Assembly: GCA_043228905.1 (NCBI GenBank) | Contig: JBHGNT010000018.1 | Location: 8,370,001-8,434,000 of the forward strand | Length of the DNA: 64,000 bases | From: Azolla caroliniana | Taxonomy: Eukaryota > Plantae > Polypodiophyta | Direction: 5' to 3' | In this document: positions 50,591 to 61,543 of the stretch, piece by piece | Numbering within the stretch: the stretch's first letter is position 1 | Layout: every line of letters starts with the position of its first letter | Position numbers and translations under genes: made by a program | The notes under the pieces: model-generated | Seen by the model: the letters and a program-made list of their open reading frames with translations, nothing else | Databases searched by the model: none | What the model was told of the DNA's origin: nothing

Positions 50591-53086
50591 AACACGTTCG
50601 CGTTCAAAAGTGGAAGGATCGTGCATTCCACTTATAGATTCCTTTTAAAATATTTCGATTTTAGGTGATTTTCAAAAACTTAATACACCAGTATCACATG
50701 TTTTAAATAACATGTAAAATTTGCTATTTTTTTGAGATTTAACAAGTTTCAAAATGATCATTTCTAAAATTGAATAGTTTTCAATAAATGTTTAAATGTT
50801 GATGGTTTGCAGATATAAAATGTACTTAACTTAAAGAAATTCACAATGGTTAACTCAAGGCACAAGTTAAGATTAATGGTTTCACCATCTTGAGGAGATG
50901 TAGGTTCCAGAAGTGGACGTTAAATCAATTGTTAGACTTGAAAATGTTTTAACTATAAGAGGTAACATTGTAATCCTTAATGCCATCATCTATAAATTTA
51001 GTGCTCATTAACATGCATAAATTCACAACTCAAGAAATGTATACAAGATTCATAAACAATTTTGACAAATACATAACCCCTAAAATGTAGATGATATTCA
51101 TAAATTGTCAAAACTGCCAAATTTAGATGTAAACATTAATCTTTTAATTTGAACATATCACATAGTTATGAAGGTATCCACAATGCTCTCCTCTTCTTCA
51201 TTTTGAGAGCTTCCCTACAAAATTTATGAAGTAAATGGCATTTGCAAGGTTCAATTACCATCAACACAATTATTAATGGTTTTTTGTTAATCAAGGAAGC
51301 ACATGTTCACCATAAGGTATATTGTTGTGCAACATACTTCTTTACAGCATCGATATTCATCTTTTACTCTTGTCAAAACAAAGATTTTAGTACAATTCGA
51401 GTTCATGTAAACCGTAAACCTCTTTTATTTGAAAAAAAGAAGATTTCTAAACATGAACTCCATACATTGTATCGAGTTGATATAAAAAACTGAGTTTTCA
51501 TATCAATTCCATACATCGTATCAAATTCATGTTCAAAGTTTATTTTCCCGAATTTACAAAAATAAAATAAATTTAAATTTAAATAATAAAACAATAAAAT
51601 AAGAAAAATAATCAAATAAAACCCAATTTTTTACCGCAATTTAGTACAATGTATCTAGTTCATGTTTAAAGTAATTTTTTTGAATTATTTTGATTTTTAT
51701 TTTTACTTTTTTTAATTTTTGTTTTTTGGAAACATGAATTCGATACATTGTATTGACTTGTGATGAAAACTTTGGTTTCTTCATCACTTAAACTTTTTTT
51801 CTTTTTAAAAAAAACAAAAAGACTCAAAATAAATAGAAAAAAACACCAAATTTGTTTTTTTTAAAAACCCAACAAAAAAAACTTTAAACATGAATTCGAT
51901 ACATTGTATCAAATTCATGTCAAAAAGTTAGCTTTTCAACACGAACTCGATACATAGTACCGAGTTCATGTTGAATATTTTTCAACACCAATCGATACAA
52001 TCTATCGAGTTCGTGTCAAAAAGTAGGCTTTTCAACATGAACTCGATACATTGTATTAAATTGGGGTGAAAAAACTGGTTTTTTCATCAATTCAAGCTCA
52101 ATTTTTTTTAATTCTTTTTTTTATATCCGAGAAAAAAACTGTGAACATGAATTTGATGTATTGTATGTAATTGTGATCAAAACTCTGTTTTTTACATCAA
52201 CTCGATACAATGTATGGAGTTCATGTTTAGAAACCTTCTTTTTTTTCAAATAGAGGTTTAGGTTTTAACCAGAACTCGAATTGTACTAAAATCTTTGTTT
52301 TTAAAAGAGAAAAAGATGCAAATCGATACTACAAAGAAGTATGTTACACAACAAGACACCTTATGGTGAAAATGTGCTTCATTGATTACCAAAAAATCAT
52401 TAATAATTGTGTTGATGGTAATTGAACCTTGCAAATGCCATTTAAGTGGTTTATAAAATATTTTCGTGCTCTTTAATCACCACTTCAAGCACTTCATGTT
52501 GATCTTCACATTTTGGGTCATCTACATTAGAGAAACATTTATGTGGAACTAAGCATGAAAACACGAGCATAACTCAAGTGACAAGGAAACTTGGAAGAAC
52601 TCAAGGTGGGGATATTAATAGCTACACATGTAGATGGCCATGACCTAGGGCACCAATTCTGCATTGGTAAAGTTTTGGACGTTGTCGTAGTGTGAATCAC
52701 ATACTACGTGAAATATGTAAAACACTATATCCGATTTAGAGTATGTGTAATAAACAAAAATTAAATATTAAAAATGTTTATTACGTGCATAGGGCAAGAT
52801 TCGAACCCTGTACCTCCACGTAGACAAACCCCAACCTTACCACTATACTAGCATACTATAAATTTTAAAGTTATACTAAACATTATCCCATGTAAATATT
52901 CTAGATATGCATGGTACAAAAAGTTATTCATGCATACACACTCGAGTTAAAAGAAAAGATGAAAACACAAGCATAACTCAAGTGACATGGAAACTTGCAA
53001 GAACTCAAGGTGGGGATATTAATAGCTACACATGTAGATGGCCATGACCTAGGGCACCAATTCTGCATTGGTAAAGTTTTGGACGT
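50591..53086. mobile_element. TIR/foldback DNA transposon copy 2 (right end beyond nested Gypsy G)
   Basis: Starts AACACGTTCGCGTTCAAAAGTGGAAGGAT; collinear with 39459-40200 and 45744-47190; foldback ~51233-52443. Confidence 0.88.
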
Positions 53087-53365
53087 TGTTGTAGTGTGAA
53101 TCACACACTACGTGAAATATGTAAAACACTATATCCGATTTAGAGTACGTATAATAAATAAAAATAAAATATTAAAAATATTTATTACGTGCATAGGGCA
53201 AGATTTGAACCCTATACCTCCACGTAGACAAACCCCAGCCTTACCACTATACTAGCATACTATGAATTTTAAAGTTATACTAAACTTTATCCCATGTAAA
53301 TATTCTAGATATGCATGGTACAAAAAGTTATTCATGCATACACACTCGAGTTAAAAGAAAAGATG
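52558..53365. repeat. ~404-bp tandem duplication spanning the TIR/LTR junction
   Basis: LTR start occurs at both 52683 and 53087 with the same flanks. Confidence 0.92.
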
Positions 53366-53739
53366 GGATAGAAAGCTAATCATGCACATGCAGTGTGCAT
53401 GAAAACTTAGACTTAGACTCTTCCAACACTATATAAGGAAGAGAGAAAGATGTATAATGGTTGTTGATTTTTTATAAGGATTGATTAATACAAAATATTT
53501 GTAGGATTCATGATTTTTTACCATCTAATTCTCTCTTACAATCTAAGTATCCATTAATACATTATACTCGTGGGATTCACAAGTTTCACATCTCCATCTT
53601 GCAATCTATTCATAACAAAACCTATCTCATATTCTTCTTCTCCTAGTCCAAAACCTCAGTGGTTCCCACCCGACTCACGCAACGATCCGGAGCCGAAAGG
53701 CACGACACAAGTGGTGAACCCGACGTGAACACGGGTGGC

Positions 53740-55197
53740 AAGGAGATGGAAAATCAACCAGAGGCTAACAACATGATGATGATGTTCGAGCGAATGCTTC
53801 AAGAACAACGTGGGATGTCGGAGATAGCGGTTGCAGTAGAGCAGCTCGTGCAACAGAGAGGGCAATTTAGCGGAAAGGACTTATCACGCTATCTTCGGGA
53901 CTACAAGGCGGAAATGATACGATGCGGGATTTCGGAAGGACTGCAAGTGACATCCTTCAACCGAGTAGCTACCCGACAGGCTTCAAGCAAGTATCCACGG
54001 GCTACGACAACAAAATCCGACGTGGGAAGCGTTTGAAGAGGCCCTAAAGACCACATTTGCCATCGAGGATTCCTCTAAGGCAACAAGGAGAGGATTCGAA
54101 GATTAGGTGGAAATGCCAAACAAAGGGATGAAGGTCCTCGATGTGTTTACGGCATTCAAAAGTCGGTTCGGGAGGTTGTCCACGAGAGATCAAGCTATCC
54201 TCGCACCGAACAAAGTGATCATGTTCCTACGAGCCGTGGACGTCCAGAACCGGAAAGACCTTGGAGTGCTTCTGGAGGACACGACCACTAAGAGTGGCCT
54301 CACCGAAACATGGGAAAGCATGCGGGATATCGTCGCGCGATACACGAAGAGGGGGCAATGGCTTGCTAGCAAAGAAAAGAGGGTTTCAAAACCGATTCCG
54401 AAACCGAGATCCGGATTTGAAGACCATCAACCGAGGGCTCGGGAGACTACGACCGAGAAGGGAATCAACGCAACCACAGTGGAGCAATTGATGAAGGAGA
54501 TGGAGAATCGGAAAATCGCGATGGTAAAGAAATCGGATGATCATCTCACAAGCTCCAAGTATATGGACCGTCGGTGCATATGGTGTGATAGCAGCGAACA
54601 TGATCGGAGGGATTGCGACGAGCACAAGGAGGCGTTACGACGGGATCTTATCTACTACGAGGGAAATCGGATCCATTCGATGGACTCTCAGAAGCCACTC
54701 CGAACGAACTTCCGGAAAGTCGGCATGAAGAAGGTCCTCGAGGAGGAAATAGTGGCGAAAAGCAATTATGCGACAACTGCGAGAATACGTGTCAGTGAGT
54801 CATCAGGAGCAAAGGCGTCTTTTTGCCCGGATTGTCTAGAAAACCCCGAGAAGACCGACTCCAATGAGATTCGAAGCGCCGTTGAATGTATCCGGGAAGC
54901 TACGGGATGGGAGTGCCCCATAGATAAGAATAGCGTACATGCACTATGTCAGTTGCATAAAGTGTATGTGGATGAAAAATAACGGCGCACAGATGATGCG
55001 GCCAGACCATCAAAGACACCGGAAAGCTGGAACTCTGGAGGGAAGGGAAAAGAAAAGACGATTCCGGCATTCAAGCTCGCCTCAGACATAGAACAACAAA
55101 TGGACTTGAAAAAGGTGTTTGAGGAGAGAATCCTCGATAGCCGGATAGAATTTTCGCTTCGGGAATTACTCGGAATAGTGAAGGAGTTCCACGATCT
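53740..55197 (+). pseudogene. Gag of Gypsy G
   Basis: ORFs 53659-54036 and 54107-54982; CCHC knuckle. Confidence 0.85.
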
Positions 55198-55626
55198 TGT
55201 TACCGGCCGGCAAGGAGTCCAAAATACGGAGTGAAGGAATTAATTAGATATGGTTGTAAATGAGCAAAGTGTGGACGGACGGACTGGAAACGGTATGCCG
55301 TTCCAGATCCGGACGGATCCCGAATAGGTGCGAGAGGCACCGTTTTGTACTACGGGCCGGAAACCTATTTAAAGGCCCAGACCCTATTGTAATAACAGCG
55401 GATAATTAGTAGAGCTTATGTTGTTTATACTTCTGTCTTGATTTCCGTTCTGTAATCACTGTTATATCTTACGCGTGTAATTAACCAAAGCAATCTAATC
55501 GTGTAACCTACGTAAGTCGGTGTAATCGTTGAATCTTAATCCTATGCCGTAATCACCCTTTGGTGAAGTGTCTCCGTGACACCTTGTGTTAGGCCTTGTC
55601 CGGCTAAGAGAATAACACAGTTTTGG

Positions 55627-55858
55627 ACGGCATACCGTTTCCAGTCCGTCCGTCCACACTTTGCTCATTTACAACCATATCTAATTAATTCCTTCACTCC
55701 GTATTTTGGACTCCTTGCCGGCCGGTAACACATGGCACGCCCGTGGGACAGTACCTTGTACGTCGAACCCTTCTCGGCCCCTTCATTGTTCACCCAAATT
55801 GTCCAAAATAGTTTGTTCAAGAATTTCCACTTGTTCTTCCGGTTGTGGTTGTTGCGGC
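55627..55858 (-). repeat. Inverted copy of ~60991-61222 (ORF end, tRNA-like motif, LTR start)
   Basis: Reverse-complement identity by eye. Confidence 0.92.
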
Positions 55859-57342
55859 ACATGCTTCTCTATCTTCCCTGTCTGGCGCCTGTCCATCTGG
55901 CCCGTGCGGCCATCACTATCTTTCCGGCCTTCGCTCACCATTTCTCCATCTTTCCATCTCTATTGGTCACCACTTATTCAGCCACTACTCGGTTGTTGGT
56001 TGTCTGGCCGTCGCAGGTTCGGCCACTTTGATGACTGTTCGGCTATTCCAGCCGTTGTCCGGCCATTCCGGCCGCCTCCATTCCGACCATCGTCACCTTT
56101 GTTTGGCGCTATCCGGTACCTGTTCATAGGTTGCCGTCTCTGTCTCCAGCACTTTCTGTTGTCCACGTCTGGCTGTCTCTAACTGTTTTATCGGCTACCT
56201 GTTGTTCGACCCATCTGGCCATCGGTTCCACTCGTTGTCATGTGTCTGTTCGTCCCTTCGTTTCAACATCATCTCTGATCCGGTCGTTCATTGTTTAGCC
56301 GCCACTATCGCACCGGTCGGTATTCAGCCATCCTTCTTTTGCCTTTCCGGCCCTTCTGGTCGGTCCTTCGGTTGCTTCCAACCATCTCCGTAGGTGTCTC
56401 TCTCTTCATTTGCCCTTGTCCAACGGTCTCTTTCCACTGTTCGACCCTCGGTTTGGCCGCTGCTTGCCGGCCTCTCCGGCCTTTTCCGTCTATACCTCGG
56501 CCACTATCAAGCTACCACTCCATTGCGGACTCCATCACCCTCTCTATTGGTTTTCGTCGAGTCGAGTCCGCGTGTGTGTCTCCGGCTCCCTTGTGGTTTT
56601 CCGGCTCCCGTCAGTGACTTTCTGCATCACGTTGTCTCGTCTGACTTCTCCGTTTCTGGCTACGTCGTGTCGGTGTCTTTGTCTCCGTCTGGGTTTGCCA
56701 GTCGCCTCTGTTGTTGTCTGTCGACCGCGCATTTCGTCTGACCGTTTGTCTGATCTGGTCCGGTTCTTCGTCTTTCTGGCTGTGTTTGTTTGACTGGCCG
56801 TGTCCTTCCGGTGTTGTTGGTTTCTCTGGTAGTCGATGTGTGGTTTGTGTCTGCATCTCCATCTCCGTCTTCTTTGACCCTTCGGTGTTAACCGACTTGG
56901 GTTCTGGTTCCGATTCCGGTTCCGACTGTCTGCGCGTTTCTTCTTCTGGAACCATTGCCCGTGCATTCTCAGCACATCCTGCCGGTATCCGCTCCACACA
57001 CTGCGACTTTCTCCGCAGTCTCCTGGTGGGCTTGTCTTTCCGGTTGTGTTGGCACCGGTTCCCTCTGTGTTGCTGTTTGTCCAGCCGTGCATCTTGCACC
57101 ACACTTTTGAGAACACGCACATTGTCGCTAACCACTTTCGGAAACACACACATGGACATTAATCGCAACCTCGCACAAACATTGTTGTCATTCATGCATT
57201 CCTCCATAAACTTCCTCCAACATCTTCATTATCATTTTCGCGTTTCGCCATTTCTTGCACTTAGTTGCTATGGCTTGCACATCCGCGTATCATTCTTCGA
57301 CTCCGTTTCCAAAGGGGGGTCGCCTTAGTGGTCGCCAAAAGG

Positions 57343-57860
57343 TGTTATACGTTTTTTAGGGTTAGGGTTAATGAGAATGAGAAGGATGATGATTGATGAC
57401 GAAGATAGACATGTTGTAATGGTGGAGATGATGAATGGTATGATGGTGAGAGATCATGAAGATTCAAGACAAGCATTGGGAAGCATTGCGGGGTGGGGGG
57501 TGGTGCCTAGAATGGCTCCACCCCCCTCCCAAGGGGGTTCAACGTTGAGGGGGAGAGAGAGAGAGAGATGACAAAGAGAGAGAGAGAGAAATGTTCATTC
57601 ATTCATTCATTCCCCATAAAGGGGTTAAATAATACAAGAGGGGGTAGATACAAAGGGGTGTAAGCCCCCTAGAGCATTCATATTGGACACTCACTCACAC
57701 CTCATCGTATCCCTCCACATGCACACACGTGTGCATGTGTTCACATACATATCGACTCACAATTACATTTATGTTCCCTACACATATACAACATCATCAT
57801 GATAATATTCGACCCTCACTCATCACACTTGACTCTCCGTACAACTCGTACGGGGTAACA
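57343..57860 (-). repeat. Internal LTR of a second family (J) with adjacent gag-like remnant 55860-57250
   Basis: TGTTA..TAACA ends; PBS-like TGGCGACCAC (minus, 57328-57337) on one side and TGGCACGCCCGTGGGA (plus, 57866-57881) on the other. Confidence 0.75.
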
Positions 57861-58477
57861 CAATATGGCACGCCCGTGGGAAAGTGCCTTGCACGTCGAT
57901 CCCACATGCCTTGATGATGATATTTCTTCGACCGGAACTTCCATCGGTCCTTTCAACGATCGACTCCCTCAATCGGAGTGCTTGACTCGACCATCTTTGT
58001 TGGTCAGCAAATCTTCCGCGACACGAACATTCTCGTTCTGTCGACTTACGAACTTCGTCATGGGTCCAAAAATGTTGTGTGTATGTGTATCTTCCTTTTG
58101 TTGATTTTGTTAGTTGTGTGTGGATCACATCCATTTCTTTTAGGTTGATGAGTTATCGAAATTTTGTAGGTACCCTTTAGTTTTAAAAAAAACAATTTTA
58201 TCATGTACCCTCATGTTTTTTAAATCTATGTTTGATGCCCTCAATTTGTTTTTTTCCCTCTCTTTTTTCTGTTTGCTTTCTGCTTTTTCTGCTTTCTGTC
58301 TTTATATTTTTTCTCTCCTGTTTCTTCTTATGCTCTATGTCGTTCATGCCGTTCCTTCTTAGCCGTTTGTCTCAGCTCTAACTTCCTCGTCTTCCTCTTT
58401 CTTTCTGCTTTTGGTTCCCGCTTCTCTGTTCTCTTCCTTTCTCTCCTCTCTTCTTCTTCTTCATTTGCTTCTTCTTC

Positions 58478-61066
58478 TTGTTTTCTTCTGCATGTCTTCT
58501 TCTATTCCTCTTCAGTATTTGTCTTGTAACAGGCCTTCCGGAGGGAGGAATATTTCAGATCGATAACCCAACCTCGGAGCAACTCATCCGATATTTCGGT
58601 GAGTACTCTGTTGCCGGCAAAGGCTATCGGACGCAGGGCGGCGAAGATCCGCTATTCAGGGAGATAGCTCGAGTGCTCCATGAGTACGGTCACGTGTACC
58701 CCCGACCCCCTGTCATGCCAAAAAATCGGGCAGGGATGATCATAGCCACCTATGAAGGGATCAAGGTGGACTGGCCGGTGTTGATTGCAGACGGGTTGTG
58801 CATGGCAATCGACATGGTACGAGGGAAGGACGGCAAGGAGGGCCGGAAGCTGTGGCACGCCGTAGTTCAATGGATAACATTGCTCGTGCCGCCGGTCGAG
58901 ACCGTCCAGCCAAAGAAGCGGCCAAGAGTATCGGAAGGAAGCACCTCGAAGCCGGCGTCCAAACGACAGCAGCTGCTGGCGTCGAAGGCGACGAAAGGGA
59001 AGAAACGGGTCCCAGAACCGGAGGAGGTGTCACCGGTCCGACCCGTCAAGATAACCTTACGGAGACCAGGACAGAAGGAACCGGAACCCTTGACGGCACA
59101 GAAACATGTCGTGACACAGGAAGAGGAAACGGAGGAGCCAGAAGAGCACCTCCAACGACGGTCAAGAAGTAGGACCGCCGAGACAGGAGGGGAGCGGTCG
59201 TACCCGCGAGAGGCAGAAACGCCCCCAACTCAACCTGAGCAAACCACAAGGGAAGAACCGGAACCGGTGCGTAGGGAACCGGTCTTGTCGACTTCTATAG
59301 AAGAAGTCAGTCCAACGGCTCCGGAGACGGCGAGAACCGGAACTCAACAGCCGGCGAGCCCAGCCAGAGCACACGGCGGCCAAGGAGTAGAACCAGAACG
59401 GCATATGCAGGCAATCAGGCCAGACAATTCCACAGTGAATGAGCCGACCCGACCAGTACAGCAACAGGGCACCAGTAGCATGTGGCTACGGTGGGTAGGC
59501 GAGCAAATCGCCGGAGTGGTCGAGTATATAGAGGCGGAAGAGAGAGCGCACCAGGAACGGTTGCTCGTCACAACCGTAGATCTAGAGACGGCCCGGTCCA
59601 GAATCCGGAGCCTTGAACAAGACTTGGACAGGGTCACAAGGGAAATGGCGCAAGTGGCTTTGACAACACAAGTCCAAGCACCGGTGACTCCGGGCAATGT
59701 ACAGAATAAAGCGGCAGATCAACCTGTACATAGCAATCAAATCCCGGCAACGGAAACCGTTCCGGAGAGAAATGCGGCACAAGCCCAAGAGCTTGCGGAT
59801 TTAAAGGATGAGCTTGCTGCCCAAGAAGCGCTGAGGAGCCGCGAAAGAGAATTGAAGACGGCAGCGGAGGCGGAACTCAAAAAGACTGCTGAGAATCTAC
59901 GCCGGGCCGAGGAGGGCTTACGGAAAGGCCACCAAGCGTACGACCGGCTCAAGGAGGAGAAGGAGAAAATGCTGCAAGAGAAGGAGAGGCTCCGGAGGAA
60001 CGCCGAAACAGAAGTAGAGCGCCTGAAAGAGGAACTCCGGCAGGTAAAGGACCGGGAGGACCGGAACCATCGCCAGATCAACGGCAAGCTCAAACAAAAA
60101 ACGGAGGAATTTGAGCAATTGCACCGGGAGTATAAACGGTTGCAAACGGAGCACAAGGAACGGACGGATGAGCTCCGGCAAGCAGTTGATCGGACCGCAA
60201 CCGCATTCGCCAAGGAACAAGCGGAAAACAGAAGACGGGTGGAAGAGGCGGAGAAGGTTCGGACAGAGCTCCTCAGGCAACAGCAGGCGGAAAAAGAAAG
60301 AGCGGCGGAGGTACTGCAGAGGCTGCAAACGACATATCAAGGGCAGCTAACGCGCTACAGAGAGCAGGCGGAGGATACGGCAAATCTCATCAAGCAGTTG
60401 AAGGAGGAGCGACAAGTGGTGGAAAGCAGAGCACAAATGGGAGCAAGTCGCATCCAGGATATCATGCGGGCCTGGTTGAACCAGACCAAGAGCTTGATTG
60501 ACAACGGGTCCGTCAAATGGTGGACCAAGTGGGCCACGAACGCGGCGGAACTCCAATTGCTCCGGGCTGACGTAGAGAACCGGCGGAAGGAGGGAGATGA
60601 TTGCTATATGCTGACTTCCGAAGACTTCACCGGCATAAGAGATGAGCTTGCCGAAGACTTTCAAGCCTTGGCAGAAGACCAATTAGAGCAAGTCCGGCAA
60701 CTTGTAGCTCAGCTGGACGACGACAGGCTGGAGGCGCAGATCCAGTTTGAAAGCTACGAGAGGTCCCGGATCCGGGGAGAGAAAGAACGAGAACCAGTTA
60801 CGGTCAACCTCAGTGATGAGGAACCGTTACTGGAAGGAGACCGGACCGGAAGCAGTCAAACGGAGATGCCGGAGCCAGAGAGACAAACGGAGCAGCCGGA
60901 GTCAGCGAAACAAACGGAGCAGCAGCAGCAAGCAGAGCAGCCGGAGCAGCCTCAGTCCCAACCGCAACCACAGCAGCAGCAGCAAGCACAGCCGCAACAA
61001 CCACAACCGGAAGAACAAGTGGAAATTCTTGAACAAACTATTTTGGACAATTTGGGTGAACAATGA
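58478..61066 (+). CDS. Retroelement accessory ORF: globular N-terminal domain + long coiled coil + Q/P-rich tail (true 5' end uncertain, ~58530)
   Basis: 862 open codons ending just before the right LTR; KVDWPVLIAD motif and E/K/R/Q heptad-rich region as in extra ORFs of non-chromovirus Gypsy elements. Confidence 0.75.
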   Translation: MFSSACLLLFLFSICLVTGLPEGGIFQIDNPTSEQLIRYFGEYSVAGKGYRTQGGEDPLFREIARVLHEYGHVYPRPPVMPKNRAGMIIATYEGIKVDWPVLIADGLCMAIDMVRGKDGKEGRKLWHAVVQWITLLVPPVETVQPKKRPRVSEGSTSKPASKRQQLLASKATKGKKRVPEPEEVSPVRPVKITLRRPGQKEPEPLTAQKHVVTQEEETEEPEEHLQRRSRSRTAETGGERSYPREAETPPTQPEQTTREEPEPVRREPVLSTSIEEVSPTAPETARTGTQQPASPARAHGGQGVEPERHMQAIRPDNSTVNEPTRPVQQQGTSSMWLRWVGEQIAGVVEYIEAEERAHQERLLVTTVDLETARSRIRSLEQDLDRVTREMAQVALTTQVQAPVTPGNVQNKAADQPVHSNQIPATETVPERNAAQAQELADLKDELAAQEALRSRERELKTAAEAELKKTAENLRRAEEGLRKGHQAYDRLKEEKEKMLQEKERLRRNAETEVERLKEELRQVKDREDRNHRQINGKLKQKTEEFEQLHREYKRLQTEHKERTDELRQAVDRTATAFAKEQAENRRRVEEAEKVRTELLRQQQAEKERAAEVLQRLQTTYQGQLTRYREQAEDTANLIKQLKEERQVVESRAQMGASRIQDIMRAWLNQTKSLIDNGSVKWWTKWATNAAELQLLRADVENRRKEGDDCYMLTSEDFTGIRDELAEDFQALAEDQLEQVRQLVAQLDDDRLEAQIQFESYERSRIRGEKEREPVTVNLSDEEPLLEGDRTGSSQTEMPEPERQTEQPESAKQTEQQQQAEQPEQPQSQPQPQQQQQAQPQQPQPEEQVEILEQTILDNLGEQ

Positions 61067-61543
61067 AGGGGCCGAGAAGGGTTCGACGTACAAGGTACTG
61101 TCCCACGGGCGTGCCATGTGTTACCGGCCGGCAAGGAGTCCAAAATACGGAGTGAAGGAATTAATTAGATATGGTTGTAAATGAGCAAAGTGTGGACGGA
61201 CGGACTGGAAACGGTATGCCGTTCCAGATCCGGACGGATCCCGAATAGGTGCGAGAGGCACCGTTTTGTACTACGGGCCGGAAACCTATTTAAAGGCCCG
61301 GACCCTATTGTAATGACAACGGATAATTAGTAGAGCTTATGTTGTTTATACTTCTGTCTTGATTTCCGTTCTGTAATCACTGTTATATCTTACGCGTGTA
61401 ATTAACCAAAGCAATCTAATCGTGTAACCTACGTAAGTCGGTGTAATCGTTGAATCTTAATCCTATGCCGTAATCACCCTTTGGTGAAGTGTCTCCGTGA
61501 CACCTTGTGTTAGGCCTTGTCCGGCTAAGAGAATAACAGATCT

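Larger units (their letters stand above)
55198..61538. mobile_element. Young non-autonomous chimeric LTR element H (no pol)
   Basis: 420-bp LTRs 55198-55617 and 61119-61538 (~3 differences), TGTTA..TAACA, TSD GATCT. Confidence 0.95.

Noticed and set aside
52785-52852. Bona fide tRNA genes (also 7023, 20040, 40265)
   Set aside because: A/B boxes present, but I could not form convincing acceptor and anticodon stems; reported only as tRNA-like
55706-57328. Plus-strand ORFs of 100-200 aa
   Set aside because: Antisense shadows of a frameshifted purine-rich gag-like remnant on the minus strand
57355-57369. Telomere-like TTAGGG repeats
   Set aside because: Only about two units inside an LTR
58478-58530. 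Signal peptide (env-like) at the start of the 862-aa ORF
   Set aside because: Hydrophobic stretch comes from a CT-rich tract with a TTG start; no transmembrane anchor downstream
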